Part shown: positions 1 to 8,276 of the stretch, piece after piece
How positions within the stretch are numbered: position 1 is the first letter of the stretch
Layout: each line of letters begins with the position of its first letter
Assembly: GCA_964430705.1 (NCBI GenBank)
Contig: CAYSGJ010000171.1
Span: 1-59,869 of the forward strand
DNA: 59,869 nucleotides
Origin: an uncultured Desulfobacterales bacterium
Lineage (GTDB): Bacteria > Desulfobacterota > Desulfobacteria > Desulfobacterales > C00003060
Direction: 5' to 3'
Program-made: the position numbers and the translations under genes
The notes under the pieces: model-generated
The model's input: only the letters and a program-made list of their open reading frames with translations
The model's database searches: none
What the model was told of the DNA's origin: nothing

Positions 1-70
1 GGGCGGGGATAAACCCCGCACCCTACGCCGAAGAACCAATCCCAATGTAGGGTCGGGCTTTATGCCCGCC
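1..70. repeat. Inverted pair of GTAG-type REP-like palindromes (REPIN-like doublet)
   Basis: 1-26 gggcggggataaaccccgcaccctac is the approximate reverse complement of 47-70 gtagggtcgggctttatgcccgcc; each has a GTAG end and an internal palindrome; third degenerate copy at 385-410. Confidence 0.7.
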
Positions 71-85
71 GGTTGGTGCGGTTTG

Positions 86-373
86 CGTACACGCACACGC
101 ATCACGTACACGGACAAAGAAGCCTGTAGGTCAGGTTGCGCCGGTAGGCGTTACCTGACAAATCAAAACCATTCTCGCGCAAAGACGCCGGTCAGCTGCC
201 AGTTACCGGTTACCGGTTACCAGTTGTCGGTTGTCAGTTGACAGGTTGCCGGTTTTCAGAACAAACCCGGTATCGGGCACCACCCCTCACGCACACGTAC
301 ACGCATCACGTACACGCCTCACGCACACGCTCCACCGGTATCCTGTATTCGGCATCCGGTATCACGCCTCACG
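86..373. repeat. Mosaic of short degenerate tandem repeats and a second GTAG hairpin
   Basis: cacgca/cgtaca-type runs at 86-112 and 287-330; GTAG hairpin 126-160 (gtcagg...cctgac); 7-mer gttaccg/gttgtcg run at about 201-253; ggtatc-type units at about 337-373. Confidence 0.65.
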
Positions 374-713
374 TTCGACTTTCCGGGCGGGGATAAACCT
401 TTCGGCCTACGCGATGCGTTTATTAGAGATGGAGACAACTTGTCGTTGGCGGGAGGGGAGGATTTTCAAGGCGGTGTCCTTAATCCTTGACTTTTTCCGG
501 AGGGCAATTGTAGACAATACACGGTTATGCCCTGGATGTACCGCCTGCTTGGTTGGTATTTGCAGGTTATATCCCGTTGTTGTAGTGAATCAGGGTAACA
601 TAAGGGGGACATCTCCAAAAGATAAAAAATTCACCACAGAGACGCAAAGAACGCTGATCTTTTTGGGTGTTTCATCATGTTCGGAGATACTTGGTAACCG
701 GGAGGTGCTTCGT

Positions 714-1601
714 TTGAAACAAATACTGTACGATACCGTTTTTACTGATTTGAATCTGGTTAAGCAGGGCAAGGTCAGAGATATCTATGACTTCGGGGAT
801 TCCCTGTTGATGGTGGCCACGGATCGACTCTCCGCTTTTGATGTCGTATTGCCCGATCCCATTCCGGGTAAAGGCCGCGTATTGACGCAAATGTCTCAGT
901 TTTGGTTCCACCAAACGAAGGACATTGTCGCCAATCACGTGATCACCACAGATGTGAAAACCTTTCCTGAGCAATGCCGGCGGTATGAGGATATATTGGC
1001 GGGCCGAAGCATGCTGGTTCGAAAAGCCGAACCTTTGCCGGTCGAGTGTATTGTAAGAGGGTTCCTTTCAGGATCCGGGTGGAAATCTTACCTGGAATCC
1101 CAAAGCATCTGCGACATCCCGCTTCCCAAGGGCCTGAGAGAATCCGATCGACTCCCGGCGCCCATCTTTACCCCTTCCACCAAGGCGGAGGTCGGCGCCC
1201 ATGATGTGAATATTACCATCAAGCAGGTCGAAAATCTTGTGGGCAAGGATGTCGCGGACAGAATTCAGACCTTAAGCCTTGCCGTCTATCAGAAAGGGGT
1301 AGACATTGCGGAAGCTCGGGGAATCATTATTGCGGACACCAAGTTCGAGTTCGGTTTCGTAGATGATCAATTGGTGCTGATTGATGAGGTCCTCACGCCG
1401 GATTCATCCCGTTTTTGGCCCAAAGACACGTATCAACCCGGCGGCCCCCAAAAAAGCTTTGACAAGCAATATGTGCGGGACCATCTGCTTGCTCTAAATT
1501 GGGACAAAAAACCACCGGCCCCTGTGCTTCCTGAAGATGTCGTGGAAAATACGCGCATAAAATACGAAGAGGCGTTGCGCAGACTAACTGATACGGCTTA
1601 G
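714..1601 (+). CDS. purC: Phosphoribosylaminoimidazole-succinocarboxamide (SAICAR) synthase
   Basis: GKVRDIY, TDRLSAFD, IIADTKFEFG, DEVLTPDSSRFW, SFDKQYVRD motifs; TTG start at 714 after GGAGG at 701-705. Confidence 0.95.
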   Translation: MKQILYDTVFTDLNLVKQGKVRDIYDFGDSLLMVATDRLSAFDVVLPDPIPGKGRVLTQMSQFWFHQTKDIVANHVITTDVKTFPEQCRRYEDILAGRSMLVRKAEPLPVECIVRGFLSGSGWKSYLESQSICDIPLPKGLRESDRLPAPIFTPSTKAEVGAHDVNITIKQVENLVGKDVADRIQTLSLAVYQKGVDIAEARGIIIADTKFEFGFVDDQLVLIDEVLTPDSSRFWPKDTYQPGGPQKSFDKQYVRDHLLALNWDKKPPAPVLPEDVVENTRIKYEEALRRLTDTA

Positions 1602-1687
1602 AGCAAGGCGCCAAGGGCTAAAAAGAAATCCGACAGGATCAAAAAAACACAAAACGATCCAGCAAGGATGAACAGGATTTGAAAAAG

Positions 1688-1877
1688 AAGAATTCACCGC
1701 AGAGACGCAGAAAAAAAAATCAGACAGGATTAAAAAGACCAACAGGAATTGTGGATTACGTTTCCACCGCCCGCTTCGCTCGAGGCACAGAGAGCACAGA
1801 GAGATGATATTTTTTGTTTTTGGCGATGCCAAAAACAAAAAAGCTCAGCGTTCTCTGCGTTTCTGCGGTGAATTCTT
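1688..1877. repeat. Inverted repeat pair of the ttcaccgcagagacgcaga family with intervening acaggat/cacagag repeats
   Basis: 1688-1711 aagaattcaccgcagagacgcaga versus 1854-1877 reverse complement, 1 mismatch in 24; related copy at 628-646. Confidence 0.75.
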
Positions 1878-1878
1878 T

Positions 1879-2847
1879 ATGTTAAAGACCGAGATTGCCG
1901 CCATTCCATTTACTAGGATAGATACCAGCGACCACGTCTGCCTACTGGGTCTATCGGTTGCGCCCGCTACGACCCTGGTAGAGTCCATTGCGGCCGTCGG
2001 GCTGATTAATGCGCCTGTTGTGGCGGAAAAACAAGACGGGGTTTTTCGTATCGTTTGCGGGTTTCGCAGAATCCATGCCTGCATGGCGCTGGGATGGAAA
2101 ACATTACAGGTTCGCATTATCCCGGAAGACACTCCGCCTTTTGACCTGCTGCAATACGCCATCTGTGATAACCGGTCGCATCGACCGCTCAACATCGTCG
2201 AGCAGGCGCAGGGCATTCACAGGCTCAGCCCGCTCATCGCGCCGGAAAAACGTCGCGAGGTCCTTGCTTCCCTGTTGGGCTTTCCTGCCAATGAAAAAGT
2301 ATTTGAAAAAATCACCCGGATCGGCCTGCTCCCCCGTGCTGTCCAGTTGGGGATATTACAAGACCAAATTTCCGTGGAGGCTGCCGTCGGCCTGGCCACG
2401 CTTGCCGCCAAGGACGCTGAAACGCTCTTTGAGCTTTTGGCAAATCTTAAGATGAGTCAAAACAAAGAAAAAGAGATCATTACCCTGATCAAAGAGATTG
2501 CTGTTGTTGAAGACCGGGAAATATCCGGTGTTCTGGATGTGCTGGGCATTGACGATGTGATGCAAAACGGGAATCTGAATCGCAATGAAAAAGGGGCTGC
2601 AATCAGAAAACGGGTGAAGGAACATCGGTTCCCCATGCTGGCTGCAGCAGAGAAAAGATTCAAGCAAAACCTTAGAGATTTGAAATTACCTGAGTGCATG
2701 CAGATTACCCCACCGCCTTATTTTGAGGGGCAGTCGTATGTCCTGCGTTTGGAGTTCAAAACACTGAACGACTTGGACCGGTGTTGCGAGCAACTCAAAG
2801 CCATGGTTACGAATCCGGCCGCGAAAAAGCTTTTGGCAAGCACATGA
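1879..2847 (+). CDS. ParB/Srx N-terminal domain protein
   Basis: SIAAVGLINAPVV...IVCGFRRIHAC (ParB box GxRR) and DNRSHRPLNIVEQA; ATG 1879 chosen because upstream codons lie in a repeat. Confidence 0.8.
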   Translation: MLKTEIAAIPFTRIDTSDHVCLLGLSVAPATTLVESIAAVGLINAPVVAEKQDGVFRIVCGFRRIHACMALGWKTLQVRIIPEDTPPFDLLQYAICDNRSHRPLNIVEQAQGIHRLSPLIAPEKRREVLASLLGFPANEKVFEKITRIGLLPRAVQLGILQDQISVEAAVGLATLAAKDAETLFELLANLKMSQNKEKEIITLIKEIAVVEDREISGVLDVLGIDDVMQNGNLNRNEKGAAIRKRVKEHRFPMLAAAEKRFKQNLRDLKLPECMQITPPPYFEGQSYVLRLEFKTLNDLDRCCEQLKAMVTNPAAKKLLAST

Positions 2848-3950
2848 TCCATACGTTATTTGTGGATGAGGCCGTTAAGCAATTGCCGCTGGTGGCCGCC
2901 ATCCAAAAGAACCTGGGCATCACCACGCCCGTCATGATCTCCGAGCCCGCTGTCTTTTACGACATCTTGTCCGCCCAAAAAGAACCTGTTTCCGACGGCA
3001 AGCGGATGCTGTTTCTGACGCAAAACCGGGGCTCTTTCATTAAGAGATGTCCCGGAACCAGATCTTATATCTGTTGCGGCTATCAGATCCTTCACATCGG
3101 CACCTACTGCACGATGGACTGCTCCTACTGTGTGTTGCAGAATTATTTCACCACCCCGGCACTTCAGTTTTTTGTCAATCAGGAAACCATGTTTCACGAG
3201 CTGGACAGCCTTTTATGCCGCACCGGTGTGCCGTTTCACCGAATCGGCACAGGTGAATTTACCGACAGCTTGATATGGGAACGCTGGACCGGACTGAATC
3301 GGAGACTGATTCCCCGATTTGCCGGCCAGAAGCGGATCGTCTTGGAACTTAAGACCAAGACAAGCGACGTAGATTTTTTTCAGGGGCTTGAGCACAACAG
3401 GAAAACCATACTGGCCTGGTCCTTGAATACGCCGACGGTGATTGCAAGCCAGGAACGAGGCACTGCGGGCCTGAAAGCCCGCCTCAGGGCCGCCGCACGA
3501 TGTGAGTCATGGGGCTACCGGCTGGCTTTTCATTTTGACCCGTTGATCCTATATCCTGGCTGGGAAGACAATTACCGTCAAGTGATCGGCCAACTGTTTG
3601 AAGCCGTATCGCCGGAGAGCATCGTTTGGATCAGCCTTGGATCCATGCGTTTCAGTCCTTCACTAAAGCCTGTTATCCAACAACGTTTTCCCGACTCCAA
3701 GATTGCCTATGGCGAATTCGTTCCGGGATTGGACGGCAAGATGCGGTATTTCAAACCCCTGCGTATCGCTTTGTATGCAAAAATCGCCGCATGGATCAAA
3801 GAAAAGGCGCCCGGAGTCGGGCTCTATCTGTGTATGGAAGATGAAGAGGTTTGGGAAAAGGCCCTGGGCTTTGTCCCGGAAAAAGACGGTGGGCTGTCCA
3901 GGCTCTTGGACGGATATGCCGCAAGCCGTTGCGGATTGGCATTGAAGTGA
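2844..3950 (+). CDS. Spore photoproduct lyase-like (SplB family) radical SAM protein
   Basis: CTMDCSYC radical SAM motif, RIGTGEFTDSL, ELKTK, AWSLN, FHFDP, KMRYFKPLR, YLCME; ATGA overlap with the ParB-like gene. Confidence 0.8.
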   Translation: MIHTLFVDEAVKQLPLVAAIQKNLGITTPVMISEPAVFYDILSAQKEPVSDGKRMLFLTQNRGSFIKRCPGTRSYICCGYQILHIGTYCTMDCSYCVLQNYFTTPALQFFVNQETMFHELDSLLCRTGVPFHRIGTGEFTDSLIWERWTGLNRRLIPRFAGQKRIVLELKTKTSDVDFFQGLEHNRKTILAWSLNTPTVIASQERGTAGLKARLRAAARCESWGYRLAFHFDPLILYPGWEDNYRQVIGQLFEAVSPESIVWISLGSMRFSPSLKPVIQQRFPDSKIAYGEFVPGLDGKMRYFKPLRIALYAKIAAWIKEKAPGVGLYLCMEDEEVWEKALGFVPEKDGGLSRLLDGYAASRCGLALK

Positions 3951-4040
3951 GCTAAAGTGACTAGAGTGAGCTAAAGTGAGCTAGAGTGAGCTAAAGTGAC
4001 TAGAGTGACTAGAGTGAGCTAGAGTGACTAGAGTGAGCTA
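3945..4040. repeat. Tandem array of ten 9/10-bp units (R)AGTGA(G)CTA
   Basis: aagtgagcta aagtgacta gagtgagcta aagtgagcta gagtgagcta aagtgacta gagtgacta gagtgagcta gagtgacta gagtgagcta. Confidence 0.95.
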
Positions 4041-4790
4041 ATCATCCTTTTTCGGGATGAGGTTGCGTATGCCTCGAAACAGGTCTCTGCGGCTCATCTG
4101 TTTCTTCGAAACCCTGTCGAATGCGGTCCATGGATTGAATGTTTTGCGTGTTGTTTGAGCACCGCCTTGCCTGGATGTGCTTTTTTGTATTTTTTCAAGG
4201 GATGAGCCTCTTGCATCGTAGCCTACTTCAAACCGTACATTGTCAAGATCGATGGCTTTGCCCAAAACGGCGTTTCTGAACACCACCTTCCTGTAGAATG
4301 TTGATTGTCCCAGATTAAAAGAGCCTCCAATCCTTGCGGCCTCAAAAGAGACTTTCTTGTGGGCACGGCAGGATAAAAAGTCAAAGTCCGCCCAGAAACA
4401 GGCTGCGGTAAAATCGGTTTCGTCATGAAAGACACAGTCGTCAAAATATACGCTGCCGGCAAAACCGCTGTTGCGAAAGCGCACTTTGTTTTGAAAGTCC
4501 ACATCATGAAAACGCAGCGGTTGAATAAAATGCATGCTCTCCCAATGGAGATCGTCAACGAAAAATGACGCTTCAATCGTTATCGACATGCGGGTGGCAC
4601 AAATTCGCGCTTTTTCAATGAGGGCTCCCCGGATATGCACGGGCCTCTGGATATCGTTGGCCAAAGCGATGACTTCTTCCAGGTCGGTGACGGTTTTTTT
4701 TTCAATCATAAGGGGAGACCCGGGATCATCCGCTTCGATAGCCTTTTGGGCTTCGATACTGGAAAACTCAGGAAGCATTTCTCTTTTCAT
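4038..4790 (-). CDS. Pentapeptide-repeat-like protein
   Basis: Regular Phe-spaced repeats (FQNKVRFRNSGFAGSVYFDDCVFHDETDFTAACF...). Confidence 0.65.
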   Translation of the reverse strand: MKREMLPEFSSIEAQKAIEADDPGSPLMIEKKTVTDLEEVIALANDIQRPVHIRGALIEKARICATRMSITIEASFFVDDLHWESMHFIQPLRFHDVDFQNKVRFRNSGFAGSVYFDDCVFHDETDFTAACFWADFDFLSCRAHKKVSFEAARIGGSFNLGQSTFYRKVVFRNAVLGKAIDLDNVRFEVGYDARGSSLEKIQKSTSRQGGAQTTRKTFNPWTAFDRVSKKQMSRRDLFRGIRNLIPKKDD

Positions 4791-4914
4791 GTCGTCGATA
4801 CGCGCATAACGCCAATGATCATCCGGAAAACGGTTTCTATTGATGTGCTCTTTATTCGAATCGGCCGATGCCTCCCGAGACCTTTGGTTGCACCTCCAGA
4901 GGATTCAAAACACT

Positions 4915-6984
4915 CTATTCGTTTTTCTCCTGTTCAACGATCTTTTGAATAATTTGGGCCGGCACCTCCTCGTAATGGTCAAACTCGGCAACAAATGTGC
5001 CCCGGCCGCCTGTCATGGAGGTCAGGTCCGGGGCATATCGCAAAATCTCAGCCATGGGAACATGGGCTTGAATAAACTGGTTCCTGCCTTTGGCTTCCAT
5101 GCCCAACACCTTTCCCCGTCTACTATTCAAATCGCCGATAACATCGCCCATGAAATCTTCGCGGACCGTTACCACCAGCTTCATGATCGGTTCGAGCATG
5201 GTAGGTTTGGCTTCCTGCAATCCTTTTTTGAAACACATGGACGCGGCGATTTTGAAGGCCATTTCAGATGAATCCACTTCATGAGATTTGCCGTCGTAAA
5301 AGCGGACTTTCACATCCACCACCGGATATCCGGCCAAAACCCCTGAGGGCAGGGCTTCCAGAATGCCTTTTTCCACGGCGGGCACAAAATTACGGGGAAC
5401 ATTCATTCCCACCAAGGCTTGTTCAAACTCAAAACCCTGGCCTTCCGGAAGCGGAAAAACGTCAAAATGAACCTCTGCAAATTGGCCGCGGCCGCCCGAT
5501 TGTTTTTTGTGGCGATAGACAACGCCTTTGGCGGATTTTTTGATGGTCTCCTTATAAGGGACTTTCGGCGCCTTCAGGGTGACTTCCACGCCGAACTTAC
5601 GTTTCAACTTTTCCACCATGGTTTCGATGTGGATTTGTCCCATGCCCGAAATGACGATTTCCTTGGTCTCGGCATTGCGATCCAGTTTCAGGGTCGGATC
5701 TTCCTCCAGCAGCCTGGAAATGGACGAAAAAACCTTGTCTTCATCGCCCTTCGATTTCGGCGCAATGGCATACGAAATCAGCGTGGGAGGAAGCTCTAGA
5801 CTTTGGAAGCGGATTTTATCGTTGTCTCCGCATAACGTGTCTCCGGTGGCCGTATCTTTGAGTTTGGCGATAGCCACGATGTCGCCCGGACCGGCCGCGG
5901 TGACGGCATGCTGTTCCTTGCCGTTGAGCGCAAGGAGCTGCCCGAAGCGTTCCGGACTTTTTTTGTTGGCGTTAAACACCGTGCTGTCGGGAGTCAGCGC
6001 GCCGGAATAGACCCGAAGAATGCTGAGCCTGCCGGAATAAGGATCCGCAACGGTTTTAAAAACCAGTGCTGAAAACGGACCGCCCGCATCCGGGTTAAAG
6101 TGCTTTTCCTCCCCGCTTTCCGGGTCTTGTGCCGGCAGCATACTGCGCTCAAGAGGCGACGGAAGACAGGCGTTGATGCAGTCCATCATAAGATCGATCC
6201 CTATGTTTTTTGTGGCGGAACCACACAGTACCGGTACAAAGGCCCGGGAAATGATGCCGGCGCGGAGTCCTTTCAAAAGCTGTTCTTCGGAAAGGGTTTC
6301 TCCCTCCAGATATTTTTCCAGAAGCGCGTCATCCGCTTCGGCAATGTTTTCCACCAGCGCTTCTCGGGCCGCAGCCACCTGATCCATCAGCTCTGTAGGA
6401 ATCTCACCCGGGTTTCCTTTCCCGTCATTGCCGTAGATAAAGGCCTTTTGACTCATCAGGTCGATCACACCCTTGAAATTGTCTTCGGCGCCGATGGGTA
6501 TCTGTACCAACACGGGTTTCGGCTTGAAGACATCGGCCACCTCTTTTAACGATTTATCAAAATCCGCCCGTTCGCGATCCATCTTGTTGATGAACACCAG
6601 TCGGGGCAGGGCCAAAAAATCCGCCACATCCCAAGCCTGTTCGGTCTGTACCTTGACCCCATCAATGGCTTCAATGACAAAAATCGCGCTGTCGGCGGCT
6701 TGCAGAGACGACCTGGTATCGGAAAAAAAATTGGCGTCACCAGGGGTGTCGATAATGTTTACTTTGTGTTTTTTCCAATTATATTGACCAAAAGCTGTGC
6801 TGATACTAATCGTTCGACGCACTTCTTCCGGTTCAAAATCCATGACCGTGGTGCCGTCATCTACGCGTCCCAAGCGTTTTGTGGCCCCGCTGTTGAAAAG
6901 AAGGGCTTCTGAGACAGAGGTTTTGCCCCCGCCGCCATGTCCAACCAAGGCAATGTTTCTCAAGGTTTCTGCAGATTCGCTCAT
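4915..6984 (-). CDS. fusA: Elongation factor G paralog (EF-G2 type)
   Basis: GHGGGGKTS, IIDTPG, FINKMD, KKQSGGRGQF, SHEVDSSEMAF, GDLNSRRG; 689 aa; not flanked by rpsG/tuf. Confidence 0.93.
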   Translation of the reverse strand: MSESAETLRNIALVGHGGGGKTSVSEALLFNSGATKRLGRVDDGTTVMDFEPEEVRRTISISTAFGQYNWKKHKVNIIDTPGDANFFSDTRSSLQAADSAIFVIEAIDGVKVQTEQAWDVADFLALPRLVFINKMDRERADFDKSLKEVADVFKPKPVLVQIPIGAEDNFKGVIDLMSQKAFIYGNDGKGNPGEIPTELMDQVAAAREALVENIAEADDALLEKYLEGETLSEEQLLKGLRAGIISRAFVPVLCGSATKNIGIDLMMDCINACLPSPLERSMLPAQDPESGEEKHFNPDAGGPFSALVFKTVADPYSGRLSILRVYSGALTPDSTVFNANKKSPERFGQLLALNGKEQHAVTAAGPGDIVAIAKLKDTATGDTLCGDNDKIRFQSLELPPTLISYAIAPKSKGDEDKVFSSISRLLEEDPTLKLDRNAETKEIVISGMGQIHIETMVEKLKRKFGVEVTLKAPKVPYKETIKKSAKGVVYRHKKQSGGRGQFAEVHFDVFPLPEGQGFEFEQALVGMNVPRNFVPAVEKGILEALPSGVLAGYPVVDVKVRFYDGKSHEVDSSEMAFKIAASMCFKKGLQEAKPTMLEPIMKLVVTVREDFMGDVIGDLNSRRGKVLGMEAKGRNQFIQAHVPMAEILRYAPDLTSMTGGRGTFVAEFDHYEEVPAQIIQKIVEQEKNE

Positions 6985-7172
6985 GAATAATTACTCCAAT
7001 CATGTGATTTTCCCTAGAAACTTTTTTGTTAGGGAGATGCTATAGCTATCTTTTGTAGCGTAAAAAATCAACCCCAAAGTTATCCGATAGTCCTTGATCC
7101 CATACGCTTGTAGGGCGTTTTGAAACAAAAAATCCATGAATTCAAAACGGTTGGGTTTTTCGGATTTTCCGA

Positions 7173-7198
7173 GGTTCGTATTTTCGTGATTGTCTTTT
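7173..7198 (-). repeat. Copy of the aaccacgaaaacacgaa repeat family
   Basis: Reverse complement aaaagacaatcacgaaaatacgaacc matches 10116-10141 at 24/26. Confidence 0.7.
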
Positions 7199-7293
7199 GT
7201 TTTTTTGGGGTTCCGATGTGCCGGCGCCGGATGGGTCACGGACTCATTGCCCAAATCCTGGTGGAAACCATGCAAACGTGTTAGGCAATAAGG

Positions 7294-8163
7294 ATGATCG
7301 CGCTTTTTCAAAACCTTTCTATTGCCGACGCTGATTCCTACGGGCTTGTTCTAAGCGCTTCGGGGATTGGGTATCGCATTACGAGCGGAGAGGGGGGCCG
7401 GACGCTGTGGGTTCGGGAAACGGACGCAAACGACGCGCTAAAGGCCGTCGCCCAATATCTTGACGAAAATGAAGAACACCTTTCTTCCGGCGACAGTCCG
7501 CCGGCGCCCATTCCAAAAAGCCGGTCGGGGGTTTGGGTATCTCTTGCCTTGGTCGGTATCCACATGGTCGTTGCAACGGGCGCCGGCGCAAAAGACCTTT
7601 TTCGAACCTACGGTTCGTCGGCCTCTCTCATCCTGGGCGGAGAATATTACAGGGCGGTGACTGCATTGATGTTGCACGGCAGCGCCGTTCATCTTCTCGG
7701 CAATGCTGTGGGGATGGCGCTTTTCGGCTCGGCGGTATGCGCCTTAAACGGCGTTGGATTCGGCTGGGCGATGATCCTTACAGCCGGCGCATCGGGCAAT
7801 TTGCTCAATGCGCTTTTTTATCGGTCCGGACATGTTTCCATAGGTTCTTCCACCGCCATTTTCGGCGCCTTGGGGATACTGGCGGCGCAACAGTCCGTCC
7901 GGATAATCAAAGGAAAGAAAACGAGAAGGATCAAGGCCTGGGCGCCTTTTGCCGGCGGATTGGCCCTTCTTGGATTACTCGGGACGGGGGAACGGGCTGA
8001 TCTCATGGCCCATTTTTTCGGCTTTTTGGCGGGAATCCCTCTGGGATTGCTTGGGGGCAACCTTTCTGAAAGGTTGCGCACGCCCCGTTATCAGCATGCC
8101 TGTCTTGTGGGGGCGGCGGCCGTTGTCTTTTTTTCTTGGTTCATGCCGGTAATGCGCGGTTAG
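7294..8163 (+). CDS. Rhomboid family intramembrane serine protease with soluble N-terminal domain
   Basis: TALMLH, HLLGN, catalytic GSS (IGSSTAIFG), AHFFG; multiple hydrophobic segments. Confidence 0.9.
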   Translation: MIALFQNLSIADADSYGLVLSASGIGYRITSGEGGRTLWVRETDANDALKAVAQYLDENEEHLSSGDSPPAPIPKSRSGVWVSLALVGIHMVVATGAGAKDLFRTYGSSASLILGGEYYRAVTALMLHGSAVHLLGNAVGMALFGSAVCALNGVGFGWAMILTAGASGNLLNALFYRSGHVSIGSSTAIFGALGILAAQQSVRIIKGKKTRRIKAWAPFAGGLALLGLLGTGERADLMAHFFGFLAGIPLGLLGGNLSERLRTPRYQHACLVGAAAVVFFSWFMPVMRG

Positions 8164-8231
8164 GGGCTCACGAAAAACGGCTTGGCGGCAAGGGCAGGGC
8201 GCACAAGAAAAAAATCAAAAAAATGAACGTG

Positions 8232-8272
8232 GGCGGATCAAAGCGATGTCGCGCCACAGACCCTGATCCGCC
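8232..8272. terminator. Possible hairpin between convergent rhomboid and gspE
   Basis: ggcggatca (8232-8240) / tgatccgcc (8264-8272), long loop, A-tracts just to the left. Confidence 0.3.
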
Positions 8273-8276
8273 GGCA

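Noticed and set aside
231-713. 161-aa N-terminal extension of the purC ORF
   Set aside because: Translates repeat DNA; PurC similarity and a GGAGG RBS point to TTG 714
3945-4040. Possible CRISPR array
   Set aside because: Units are 9-10 bp, contiguous, with no spacers and no cas genes
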